Shown: piece by piece, positions 24,030-32,373 of the stretch | How positions within the stretch are numbered: the stretch's first letter is position 1 | Layout of the letters: each line of letters starts with the position of its first letter | From: an uncultured bacterium | Lineage (GTDB): Bacteria > Fidelibacterota > Marinisomatia > Marinisomatales > UBA1611 | DNA: 62,867 nt | Reading direction: 5' to 3' | Assembly: GCA_964561495.1 (NCBI GenBank) | Contig: CAZLPW010000006.1 | Span: forward strand, 1-62,867 | Notes under the pieces: model-generated | The model's database searches: none | What the model was told of the DNA's origin: nothing | The model's input: the letters and a program-made list of their open reading frames with translations, nothing else | Made by a program: the position numbers and the translations under genes

Positions 24030-25145
24030 ATGCAGTTTATTGATCTAGGTGCTCAACAAAAAAGAATTCGCTCTAATATCCAAAAAAGGATATGCGATGT
24101 TTTGGATCATGGAAAGTATATTATGGGGCCAGAGGTTTATGAGTTAGAATCTAAATTGGCTGAATATGTTGGAAGAAAACACTGCGTTTCTTGTTCATCG
24201 GGTACTGATGCTCTTCTTATTCCATTGATGGCAAAAAATATTGGTGTTGGCGATGCTGTGATAACTACACCATTTACCTATATCGCTACCGCTGAAGTAA
24301 TTAAACTATTAGGTGCTACTCCTATTTTTGTTGATATTTATACTGATACATTCAATATTAATCCAGAAGGTATTCCTAATGCAATAAAACATGCTAAAGA
24401 ATTGGGTCTCAAAACAAAAGCCATAATTCCTGTTGATCTATTTGGCCTTCCTGCCAGATTCCGCTTAATAGAAGAGTATTCTTTGAAGTATGATCTTTTT
24501 TTAATTGAAGATGCTGCTCAGGGATTTGGTGGATCTATAAGAGGTAAAAAAGCTGGGTCTTTTGGCCATTGCTCATCCACATCTTTCTTTCCTGCTAAAC
24601 CCTTAGGCTGTTACGGGGATGGAGGGGCCATTTTTACTGATGATGATGAACTTGCAACCATAATGAGGTCAATTAGAGCCCATGGGGGAGGTGAAGATAA
24701 ATATGATAATGTTAGGCTTGGGATTAATGGGAGGCTTGATACTATACAAGCTGCCATTTTACTTGAGAAATTAACAATATTTGAAGAAGAGGTAAAACTG
24801 AGGAACCAAATAGCTTTATTTTATTTAAATAATTTAAAATCAAGTTTTAAAAATCCATTTGTACCTAACAAATATAAATCGTGTTGGGCTCAATTTTCAA
24901 TTGTTGCTAATTCTAAAGTTGAGAAAGAAGCATGTACTAATTTGTTAAATATAAATGGTATACCTACTATGAATTATTACCCAATCCCTTTGCATTTACA
25001 AAAGGTTTTTTCATACCTAGGTTATAAAAAAACTCAATTTACTATAACTGAAAAAATTTCTGATACTGTTTTTTCTATTCCTATGCATCCATATTTAAAA
25101 GAATCTGATCAAAGCATAATTGTGGATATAATAAATGAATTCTAA
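24030..25145 (+). CDS. wbpE: DegT/DnrJ/EryC1-family sugar aminotransferase (WbpE/WlbC-like UDP-2-acetamido-2-deoxy-3-oxo-glucuronate aminotransferase)
   Basis: 371 aa. The N-terminus MQFIDLGAQQKRI...HGKYIMGPEV.ELE..LAEYVG.KHCVSCSSGTDAL parallels WbpE. Operon context includes WbpB/D/A-like genes. Confidence 0.72.
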   Translation: MQFIDLGAQQKRIRSNIQKRICDVLDHGKYIMGPEVYELESKLAEYVGRKHCVSCSSGTDALLIPLMAKNIGVGDAVITTPFTYIATAEVIKLLGATPIFVDIYTDTFNINPEGIPNAIKHAKELGLKTKAIIPVDLFGLPARFRLIEEYSLKYDLFLIEDAAQGFGGSIRGKKAGSFGHCSSTSFFPAKPLGCYGDGGAIFTDDDELATIMRSIRAHGGGEDKYDNVRLGINGRLDTIQAAILLEKLTIFEEEVKLRNQIALFYLNNLKSSFKNPFVPNKYKSCWAQFSIVANSKVEKEACTNLLNINGIPTMNYYPIPLHLQKVFSYLGYKKTQFTITEKISDTVFSIPMHPYLKESDQSIIVDIINEF

Positions 25146-26094
25146 AAATATTTGTGTTGTTGGCGCGGGATATTGGGGAAAAAATCATTTACGAACTTTA
25201 AATAATTTGGGTGTGTTATCTGGCGTAGTTGAGAATAATAGTGATGTGCTAGGAGAAATACTAAATGAATATTCAAATATCAAAGGGTTTTCTTCTATTG
25301 AAGAGTCATTAATTGATGATTCTTTCGATGGGTATACTATTGCTACTCCAGCGGAAACGCATTTTGATTTAGCAAAAAAAGTTATATTGTCTAAGAAGCA
25401 TGTTTTGGTTGAAAAACCTTTAGCGCTGAATATACAAGATGTGCAACAATTAATTAGCCTTTCAGAAAAAAATTCGGTAAGGCTTATGGTTGGGCATGTA
25501 TTATTATTTCACCCAGCTATAAGGAAAATAAAAGAAATAATAAAGAGTGGAGCTATAGGAAGGCTCCAATATCTTTATAGTAATCGCTTAAATTTAGGAC
25601 AAGTAAGGACTGAGGAAAATGTGTTTTGGAGTCTTGCGCCTCATGATATTGCCATTTTTCAATATTTTACGGAAACATACCCGCTAAAGATTCAGGCTAA
25701 TGGTAGCACATTTTTGCAAAAAGGGATACCAGACTCTACTTTGACTCAGTTAGAATATAAAAAAAATATCAAAGCTCATATATTTGTAAGTTGGTTGCAT
25801 CCATTCAAAGAGCACCGCCTTGTTGTTGTTGGGTCAGATGGTATGATTTCTTTTGAAGACTCTATGGAGGGGAAACCATTGAAGCTGTATTCCAAAGGTA
25901 TTATATTCAATAATAAGATACCAGAAAAAGTAGATGGCCCTGTAGAATTAATTGATTATGAAAAAAAAATGCCTTTGACTGAAGAGCTTTCTTGTTTTAT
26001 AGAAAGTTTTGATGGAGGGAACATTTCTTCAGTTGATGGGTTTCATGCGTTAGAGGTGGTTAGGATACTAGTTGAAGCAAGTAGGCAATTATAA
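25135..26094 (+). CDS. wbpB: Gfo/Idh/MocA-family oxidoreductase (WbpB/WlbA-like)
   Basis: 319 aa. Motifs ICVVGAGYWGKNH, VLVEKPLAL. Located between the WbpE-like and WbpD-like genes. Confidence 0.68.
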   Translation: MNSKNICVVGAGYWGKNHLRTLNNLGVLSGVVENNSDVLGEILNEYSNIKGFSSIEESLIDDSFDGYTIATPAETHFDLAKKVILSKKHVLVEKPLALNIQDVQQLISLSEKNSVRLMVGHVLLFHPAIRKIKEIIKSGAIGRLQYLYSNRLNLGQVRTEENVFWSLAPHDIAIFQYFTETYPLKIQANGSTFLQKGIPDSTLTQLEYKKNIKAHIFVSWLHPFKEHRLVVVGSDGMISFEDSMEGKPLKLYSKGIIFNNKIPEKVDGPVELIDYEKKMPLTEELSCFIESFDGGNISSVDGFHALEVVRILVEASRQL

Positions 26095-26095
26095 A

Positions 26096-26599
26096 ATGAA
26101 AAGTTTAAAATATTTTGTACATGATTCTTCATTCGTTGATAAAAATGTTTCAATAGGAGAAGGAACCAAAGTCTGGCATTTCTCACACATCCAGTCTGGT
26201 TCAAGATTGGGCAAAAATTGTGTCCTTGGGCAAAATGTAAATATAGCTAACAATGTAAAAATTGGGAATTACGTGAAAATACAAAATAATGTTTCTGTTT
26301 ATGAAGGTGTTGAATTGGAAGATTATGTATTCTGTGGTCCTTCAATGGTATTTACTAATGTTAAAATCCCTAGATCGGAATTTCCTCAGCGAGGCAGTGA
26401 TTATTATAAAAAAACACTTGTAAGGAAATCGGCTAGTATTGGTGCTAATGCAACAATAATTTGTGGTGTTACAATTGGCAAATATTCTTTAATTGGATCT
26501 GGATCGGTTGTAACAAAAGATGTGCCTGACTACTCTCTTGTTTTAGGGAATCCAGCCAAAATTATTTGTGAAATCGATAAATACGGTAATCGTATTTAA
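26096..26599 (+). CDS. wbpD: Left-handed beta-helix N-acetyltransferase (WbpD/WlbB-like)
   Basis: ATG at 26096 lies just after the wbpB-like stop (26092-26094). The track's TTG at 26072 would overlap it. Hexapeptide repeats are present (IGEGTKVWHFSHI, LGQNVNIANNVKIGNYVKIQNNVSV). Confidence 0.7.
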   Translation: MKSLKYFVHDSSFVDKNVSIGEGTKVWHFSHIQSGSRLGKNCVLGQNVNIANNVKIGNYVKIQNNVSVYEGVELEDYVFCGPSMVFTNVKIPRSEFPQRGSDYYKKTLVRKSASIGANATIICGVTIGKYSLIGSGSVVTKDVPDYSLVLGNPAKIICEIDKYGNRI

Positions 26600-26616
26600 A
26601 AAATATTTTTTTAAAA

Positions 26617-27906
26617 GTGAAAAAAGATACAAAAATAGCTATAATTGGTTTGGGCTATGTAGGTTTACCATTAGCCATAGAGTTCAGTAAGTATTTTAGT
26701 GTAATCGGGTTTGATTTATCTGAAAAAAGGGTTGAAGATTTAAAAAGCGGCTTGGACATTAATAAGCAAATAAAAAAAGAAAGATTATTTCATTCACAGA
26801 ATCTTTTATTTTCTTCAAATATAAAAAGTATTTCTAAATCAAATGTATTTATTGTTACCGTCCCTACTCCTGTAGATATTCATAATATTCCAGATTTATC
26901 ACCGCTAAAATTAGCTTCAGAGATGGTTGGGGATTTTCTTAAGGAAGGTGATATGGTAATTTACGAGTCAACAGTTTATCCTGGGGCAACTGAAGAAATT
27001 TGTGTACCTATATTAGAAAAAAAATCATGTCTTAAGTATAATGCCGAATTTTTTTGTGGCTATAGCCCTGAAAGGATTAATCCAGGTGATAAAAAACACG
27101 GTATAACTAATACTATAAAAATAACTTCAGGTTCAAATTCCAGAGCTGCCAAATTTGTTGATGATCTGTATAAGAAAATTGTGAAAGTAGGTACTCATCC
27201 AGCTGGTTCAATACGTGTAGCAGAGGCCGCAAAAGTAATTGAAAATGTTCAAAGGGATGTCAATATAGCCTTAGTCAATGAATTAGCTATTATATTTAAT
27301 AAACTTGGGATTGATAGTAATGAAGTGTTTAAAGCGGCTGAAACAAAATGGAATTTCATGCCTTTTAGGCCAGGCTTAGTTGGTGGGCATTGTATTAGCG
27401 TAGATCCGTATTATCTTACCCACAAAGCCACTGAGGTCGGATATAAGCCTGATGTTATACTTGCAGGTAGAAGAATTAATGAAGGCATGGGCTCCTATAT
27501 TGCAGATGTAGCAATCTCTGAAATGACAAAACAGAGCATAAATCCAATAGATGCAAGTGTCGCGATACTTGGTATTACATTCAAAGAAAATTGTCCTGAT
27601 ATACGGAATACTAAGGTAGTTGATATATTTTATAAACTTAAAGATTTTAAATCGAAAATATTTGTAAATGATCCATGGGCAGATAAGAAAGAGGTGAAAA
27701 ATGTACTTAATATTGATTTAGTCGATTTGAAAAAAATTAATAAGGTTCATTGTCTAATTATTTGTGTAGCGCACGATGAATATAAAAAAATAGATATTGA
27801 TTCTTGGAAAGATATGGTTGTTGAGAATGGAGTAGTGATAGATGTTAAATCAATTTTTAACAAGTTATATTTTTCGAGCATTCAAATTACTCATAAGAGA
27901 ATATGA
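26617..27906 (+). CDS. wbpA: UDP-N-acetyl-hexosamine 6-dehydrogenase (WbpA/TviB/WecC family nucleotide-sugar dehydrogenase)
   Basis: 429 aa from a GTG start. Motifs IAIIGLGYVGLPLAIEF, YSPERINPGD, GGHCISVDPYYL (catalytic Cys). Confidence 0.75.
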   Translation: MKKDTKIAIIGLGYVGLPLAIEFSKYFSVIGFDLSEKRVEDLKSGLDINKQIKKERLFHSQNLLFSSNIKSISKSNVFIVTVPTPVDIHNIPDLSPLKLASEMVGDFLKEGDMVIYESTVYPGATEEICVPILEKKSCLKYNAEFFCGYSPERINPGDKKHGITNTIKITSGSNSRAAKFVDDLYKKIVKVGTHPAGSIRVAEAAKVIENVQRDVNIALVNELAIIFNKLGIDSNEVFKAAETKWNFMPFRPGLVGGHCISVDPYYLTHKATEVGYKPDVILAGRRINEGMGSYIADVAISEMTKQSINPIDASVAILGITFKENCPDIRNTKVVDIFYKLKDFKSKIFVNDPWADKKEVKNVLNIDLVDLKKINKVHCLIICVAHDEYKKIDIDSWKDMVVENGVVIDVKSIFNKLYFSSIQITHKRI

Positions 27907-27977
27907 TATATTATTGTACTATGCAAATTAATCTGTTATTTGGGTTATTTGAATTTTAAAGGGTCAGTCAGTTTTTA

Positions 27978-29657
27978 ATGAGCAAAAAATTTAAGCCTCC
28001 ATCAAATTTAACTGCAATCAAAAACGATTCTTTAAAATACCCTTCGTTGGTACTTACAGGTCGGCAAGTATGTGATTTGGAATTATTGATGAATAAAGGT
28101 TTTAGGCCTTTAAAAGGTTTCATGAATAGACAAGATTATTTTTCTGTATTAAATAACATGAGATTATCAAATGGGCTTTTATGGCCTATCCCTATTATCT
28201 TAGATGTTAATAAAAAAATTGGAGAATCATTTTGCGTTGGTGAAAAGTTGACTTTAAAAAATCAAGAAGGGTTCCCATTAGCTATTCTCAATATTAATGA
28301 TATTTGGAAACCGAACTATAATGAGGAGGCTCATTTGGTTTATGGTACAACTGATCCATCTCATCCTGGAGTATCGTATATACTTAATCGTAATGAAGTA
28401 TATTGTCTGGGTGGTGAAATTGACAATATTTCTCTCCCTTATCATTATGACTTCCAAAAAGATAGGCACACTCCAAAAGCCTTAAAAAAAATATTTAAAG
28501 ATAAAAATTGGGATGAAGTTGTTGCATTTCAAACCCGTAACCCTATGCATAAGGCACATGTAAAAATGACTCTAGAAGCGATAAGGGATTTAAAAGCTAA
28601 ATTATTAATACATCCAGTGATTGGTGAAACAAAACCTGGAGATATTGATTATTTTACTAGGGTAAGGTGTTATAAAATGATTATGGGTGAGTATCGTACC
28701 AATACCGCGATATTGAGTCTTTTACCTTTGTCAATGCGAATGGCAGGCCCAAGAGAGGCAATTTGGCATGCTCTAATTAGAAAAAACTATGGTTGTACTC
28801 ATTTGATAGTAGGTAGAGATCATGCTGGGCCAGGTGTTGATTCTAGGGGATCGTCCTTTTATGGACCATATGATGCGCAAAATCTACTAGAGAAATATCA
28901 AAACGAAATTGGTATTAATATAGTTCAATTTAAGACAATGGTCTATGTTCCTAGCTTAAATAAGCACATGAAATTGGAAAAAATTAATAAAAAAGAAGAA
29001 TATAAAAACCTTTCTGGAACAGAGATGCGTAAACTACTTGATAAAGGATTAAAAATACCCAATTGGTTTACATTTGAAAATGTTGCAGAAGAGCTAAGAA
29101 AGAGCACTCCTCCAATACACAAAAGAGGATTTACTGTTTTTTTTACTGGGCTATCTGGTTCTGGAAAGTCAACTCTTGCAAATGGTTTAATGATAAAACT
29201 GCTTGAGGAGGGGAGTAGATCTGTTTCTTTATTGGATGGAGATATTATCAGAACAAATTTATCAAGTGAGTTAGGTTTTTCTAAAAATCATCGTTCTATT
29301 AATGTTAGACGTATTGGATTTGTAGCAAGTGAAATAACAAAAAATGGTGGAGTTGCCATATGTGCTCCTATAGCACCCTATGAGGCTGATAGGCTTGCCA
29401 ATAGACAAATAATCTCAAAGTATGGTATATTTATTGAGGTTTATGTAAGTACTCCTTTGGAAATATGCGAGGAGCGTGATTCTAAGGGATTATATGAATT
29501 AGCTAGGAAAGGTGAATTGAAAGAATTTACAGGTATTTCAGATCCATATGAAAAACCAAATAATCCTGATATATCCATTAATTCAAGTGGTCTTTCTCCT
29601 GATAAGCTAGTTGAAAAAATCTATAGGAGTATCAAAAACCTTGGGTTAGTAAAATAG
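27978..29657 (+). CDS. sat-cysC: Bifunctional sulfate adenylyltransferase / adenylylsulfate kinase (PAPS synthesis)
   Basis: 559 aa. ATP-sulfurylase motifs FQTRNPMHKAH and VGRDHAGPG. The C-terminal APS kinase is intact: FFTGLSGSGKSTLA, LLDGDIIR, NVRRIGFVA, EVYVSTPLEICEERDSKGLY. Confidence 0.9.
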   Translation: MSKKFKPPSNLTAIKNDSLKYPSLVLTGRQVCDLELLMNKGFRPLKGFMNRQDYFSVLNNMRLSNGLLWPIPIILDVNKKIGESFCVGEKLTLKNQEGFPLAILNINDIWKPNYNEEAHLVYGTTDPSHPGVSYILNRNEVYCLGGEIDNISLPYHYDFQKDRHTPKALKKIFKDKNWDEVVAFQTRNPMHKAHVKMTLEAIRDLKAKLLIHPVIGETKPGDIDYFTRVRCYKMIMGEYRTNTAILSLLPLSMRMAGPREAIWHALIRKNYGCTHLIVGRDHAGPGVDSRGSSFYGPYDAQNLLEKYQNEIGINIVQFKTMVYVPSLNKHMKLEKINKKEEYKNLSGTEMRKLLDKGLKIPNWFTFENVAEELRKSTPPIHKRGFTVFFTGLSGSGKSTLANGLMIKLLEEGSRSVSLLDGDIIRTNLSSELGFSKNHRSINVRRIGFVASEITKNGGVAICAPIAPYEADRLANRQIISKYGIFIEVYVSTPLEICEERDSKGLYELARKGELKEFTGISDPYEKPNNPDISINSSGLSPDKLVEKIYRSIKNLGLVK

Positions 29658-29705
29658 CTTTGCTATGTGTTTTAATTATTAAACTGTATATAATGGTAAG
29701 TTTTT

Positions 29706-30251
29706 ATGTTTGTAGAACAATCTATCTTAAAAGAAGTTAAAATAATAAAGCCTCAGATTCACACTGATGAAAGGGGTAGTTTTTTGGAGCTATTTAAATC
29801 ATCAAATTTTAAGAAATTTGGGTTGCCTCATAAATTTGTTCAAGAAAACCAAGTCTTTTCTAAGAAGGGGGTTTTAAGAGGCCTGCATTACCAATTGAAT
29901 TATCCGCAGGGTAAACTAGTCAGATGTATAACAGGCGCTATTCTTGATGTTGTTGTTGATATTAGAAAAGGATCGCCTAATTTTGCTAAATTTACTATTA
30001 TTGAAATATCAGCTGAAAACCAGATTTCTGTTTATGTCCCTGAGGGTTTTGCCCATGGTTATATAGTTAAATCTAACGAATCTGTAGTCTTGTACAATTG
30101 CACCAGTGAGTATAATCCCGAAGATGAATATGGAATTATTTGGAATGACTCAAGAATAAATATTAATTGGGGTAATCAAAGTCCAGTTGTATCAAAAAAA
30201 GACTCGTGTTTGCCCTCTCTTTCCAATCAAAATTTTTTACCAGTATATTAA
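29706..30251 (+). CDS. rfbC: dTDP-4-dehydrorhamnose 3,5-epimerase
   Basis: 181 aa. Motifs DERGSFLE, RGLHYQ, PEGFAHGY. Confidence 0.9.
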   Translation: MFVEQSILKEVKIIKPQIHTDERGSFLELFKSSNFKKFGLPHKFVQENQVFSKKGVLRGLHYQLNYPQGKLVRCITGAILDVVVDIRKGSPNFAKFTIIEISAENQISVYVPEGFAHGYIVKSNESVVLYNCTSEYNPEDEYGIIWNDSRININWGNQSPVVSKKDSCLPSLSNQNFLPVY

Positions 30252-30252
30252 A

Positions 30253-31305
30253 ATGGATAGTATATTGGTAACTGGTGGTTGTGGTTTTATAGGTTCAAAC
30301 TTTATTAAATATTATTTAGATAATTATCATAATATAAGTTTAGTCAATCTTGATAAACTGACATACGCTGGAAACTCTAGTAACCTTAAGGGAATCAAGG
30401 ATTTAAACTATACTTTTGTTAATGGAGATATCTGTGATTCTGACCTTGTTAAATCTTTATTTAAAAAATATAATTTCTCAACATTAGTCAATTTTGCTGC
30501 TGAAAGCCATGTAGATAGATCTATAGATGGCCCAGCTGATTTTATAAACACAAATGTTATTGGAACATTAAATTTACTAGAGCAAGCTAGGCATTTTTTC
30601 GATTCAAAAAAAAATCCTAAGAAATTTAAATTTATTCATATATCTACTGATGAGGTATATGGTTCTTTGGGTGAAAAAGGCAGCTTTTCAGAGGAGAGTC
30701 CTTTTCAGCCTAATTCGCCTTATTCTGCGTCGAAGGCTAGTTCTGATCATTTGGTGAAGTCATGGTATAAAACATTTGGGTTGCCTACTTTAATTACAAA
30801 TTGTTCTAATAATTATGGACCATACCAATTTCCTGAAAAACTAATTCCTCTTACGATTATTAATTGTATTGAGGACAATCCCTTGCCTGTATATGGTGAC
30901 GGAAGAAATATACGAGATTGGTTATATGTAGATGATCATTGTAAAGCAATTGATTTGATATCGAAAAATGGAGTTGTAGGTGAGACTTACAATATTGGTG
31001 GTTTGAGTGAGTTAACTAATATTGATGTTGTAAAAAAAATTTGTAGCATGTTAGATATTATATCTCCAAAGAAAGATGGAACTAGTTATTCAAAATTAAT
31101 AACTTTTGTACAAGATAGGCCTGGTCATGACAGGAGATATTCGGTCAATATAGATAAGATTCAAAAAAAAATGAGTTGGACTCCAGAAGAATCATTTGAT
31201 AGCGGAATAGAAAAGACAATTAAATGGTATTTAAATAATAAAAGTTGGTGGAAAAGTCTCAAGGGGAAATATAATCAACAAAGACTTGGGGTTATAAAAA
31301 AATGA
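30253..31305 (+). CDS. rfbB: dTDP-glucose 4,6-dehydratase
   Basis: Start at ATG 30253 ([17 protein letters not shown]). The track's 30187 start overlaps rfbC and adds a non-homologous leader. Motifs [25 protein letters not shown]. Confidence 0.92.
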   Translation: MDSILVTGGCGFIGSNFIKYYLDNYHNISLVNLDKLTYAGNSSNLKGIKDLNYTFVNGDICDSDLVKSLFKKYNFSTLVNFAAESHVDRSIDGPADFINTNVIGTLNLLEQARHFFDSKKNPKKFKFIHISTDEVYGSLGEKGSFSEESPFQPNSPYSASKASSDHLVKSWYKTFGLPTLITNCSNNYGPYQFPEKLIPLTIINCIEDNPLPVYGDGRNIRDWLYVDDHCKAIDLISKNGVVGETYNIGGLSELTNIDVVKKICSMLDIISPKKDGTSYSKLITFVQDRPGHDRRYSVNIDKIQKKMSWTPEESFDSGIEKTIKWYLNNKSWWKSLKGKYNQQRLGVIKK

Positions 31306-32171
31306 AAGCAATAATTCTTGCAGGCGGTAGTGGAACTCGATTGTATCCAACTACCATCGTTGTTTCTAAGCAACTTATGCCGATATTTGATAAACCAATG
31401 ATTTATTATCCTTTATCTACTATTATGCTATCTGGGATAAGGGAAATTTTGATTATTTCATCGCCCTTTGATTTGCCGTTATATGAAAAATTATTAGGAT
31501 CGGGTGATGAATTGGGGCTAAGGATATCATACGCAATTCAGCCTAGTCCAGATGGATTGGCACAAGCTTTTTTAATCGGGGAAAGTTTTATCGGAAAAGA
31601 TAATGTCGCTCTTATTCTTGGGGATAATATTTTTTATGGTCATGGCATGGCTAAAACTCTCCAGTCTTGTGTTAATAAAGTTCAGTCTAAAAATACTGCT
31701 ACAGTTTTTGGGTATAATGTGAAAAATCCAGAAGATTATGGTGTTGTGACATTTGATGAAAAAAACAAGGTAACTGATATTGTTGAAAAGCCAGATCATC
31801 CAAAATCTAACTATGCAGTTACAGGGCTTTATTATTACCCAAATGATGTAGTGGAAATAGCAAAAAAAGTTAAACCTTCGAATCGAGGAGAGCTAGAAAT
31901 CACTTCGGTAAACAAAAGATTTTTAGATCAAGGTAGGCTAAATGTTGAAATTATGGGCCGTGGTTACGCTTGGTTAGATACTGGAACAATTGAGTCGATG
32001 TATGCTGCGTCAAGTTTTATACAAGCAATAGAGGGGAGGCAGGGTCTGAAGGTTGCATGCATTGAAGAAATTGCATTTAAAATGGGATATATTAACCGAT
32101 CAATGTTGAAAAAAAGTGCCTCAAAATATAATAATCAATATGGGCGCTATTTAAAGTCTTTGTTGGTATAA
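31302..32171 (+). CDS. rfbA: Glucose-1-phosphate thymidylyltransferase
   Basis: 289 aa. Motifs [54 protein letters not shown]. Confidence 0.93.
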   Translation: MKAIILAGGSGTRLYPTTIVVSKQLMPIFDKPMIYYPLSTIMLSGIREILIISSPFDLPLYEKLLGSGDELGLRISYAIQPSPDGLAQAFLIGESFIGKDNVALILGDNIFYGHGMAKTLQSCVNKVQSKNTATVFGYNVKNPEDYGVVTFDEKNKVTDIVEKPDHPKSNYAVTGLYYYPNDVVEIAKKVKPSNRGELEITSVNKRFLDQGRLNVEIMGRGYAWLDTGTIESMYAASSFIQAIEGRQGLKVACIEEIAFKMGYINRSMLKKSASKYNNQYGRYLKSLLV

Positions 32172-32243
32172 TAACAGCAAGAGTTTGCTAATTAATCATA
32201 ATTTATTTATTGGATAAAAATCTGATTATAGTGTTTTAATTGA

Positions 32244-32346
32244 TGGTAGCTATATGGTAGTTTAGAAAAAACATATAAATTCATTGATTTCAACTTAAAT
32301 TTCATTAGGATAATAATGGCGCAAATGGTAGTTTTAATGGTAGTTG
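32244..32346. promoter_or_regulatory. Second array of four TGGTAG(T/C)T motifs as two phased pairs, upstream of ORF 32374
   Basis: Copies at 32244 (TGGTAGCT) and 32255 (TGGTAGTTT), 11 bp apart. Further copies at 32326 (TGGTAGTTT) and 32338 (TGGTAGTTG), 12 bp apart. The last copy ends 28 nt before ATG 32374, against 30 nt in the first array. Confidence 0.55.
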
Positions 32347-32373
32347 CCCTAGATGGAAAGGAAATTTTAAAAC

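Noticed and set aside
26072-26095. Longer N-terminal extensions proposed by the ORF track: TTG 26072 for the WbpD-like gene, 30187 for rfbB, 58596 for the cytidylyltransferase-cupin, 10543 for ribE and 38284 for the small ORF.
   Set aside because: In each case an ATG further downstream sits immediately after, or overlaps, the upstream stop and starts exactly at the conserved family N-terminus ([34 protein letters not shown]). The extensions overlap the preceding gene and add non-homologous residues.
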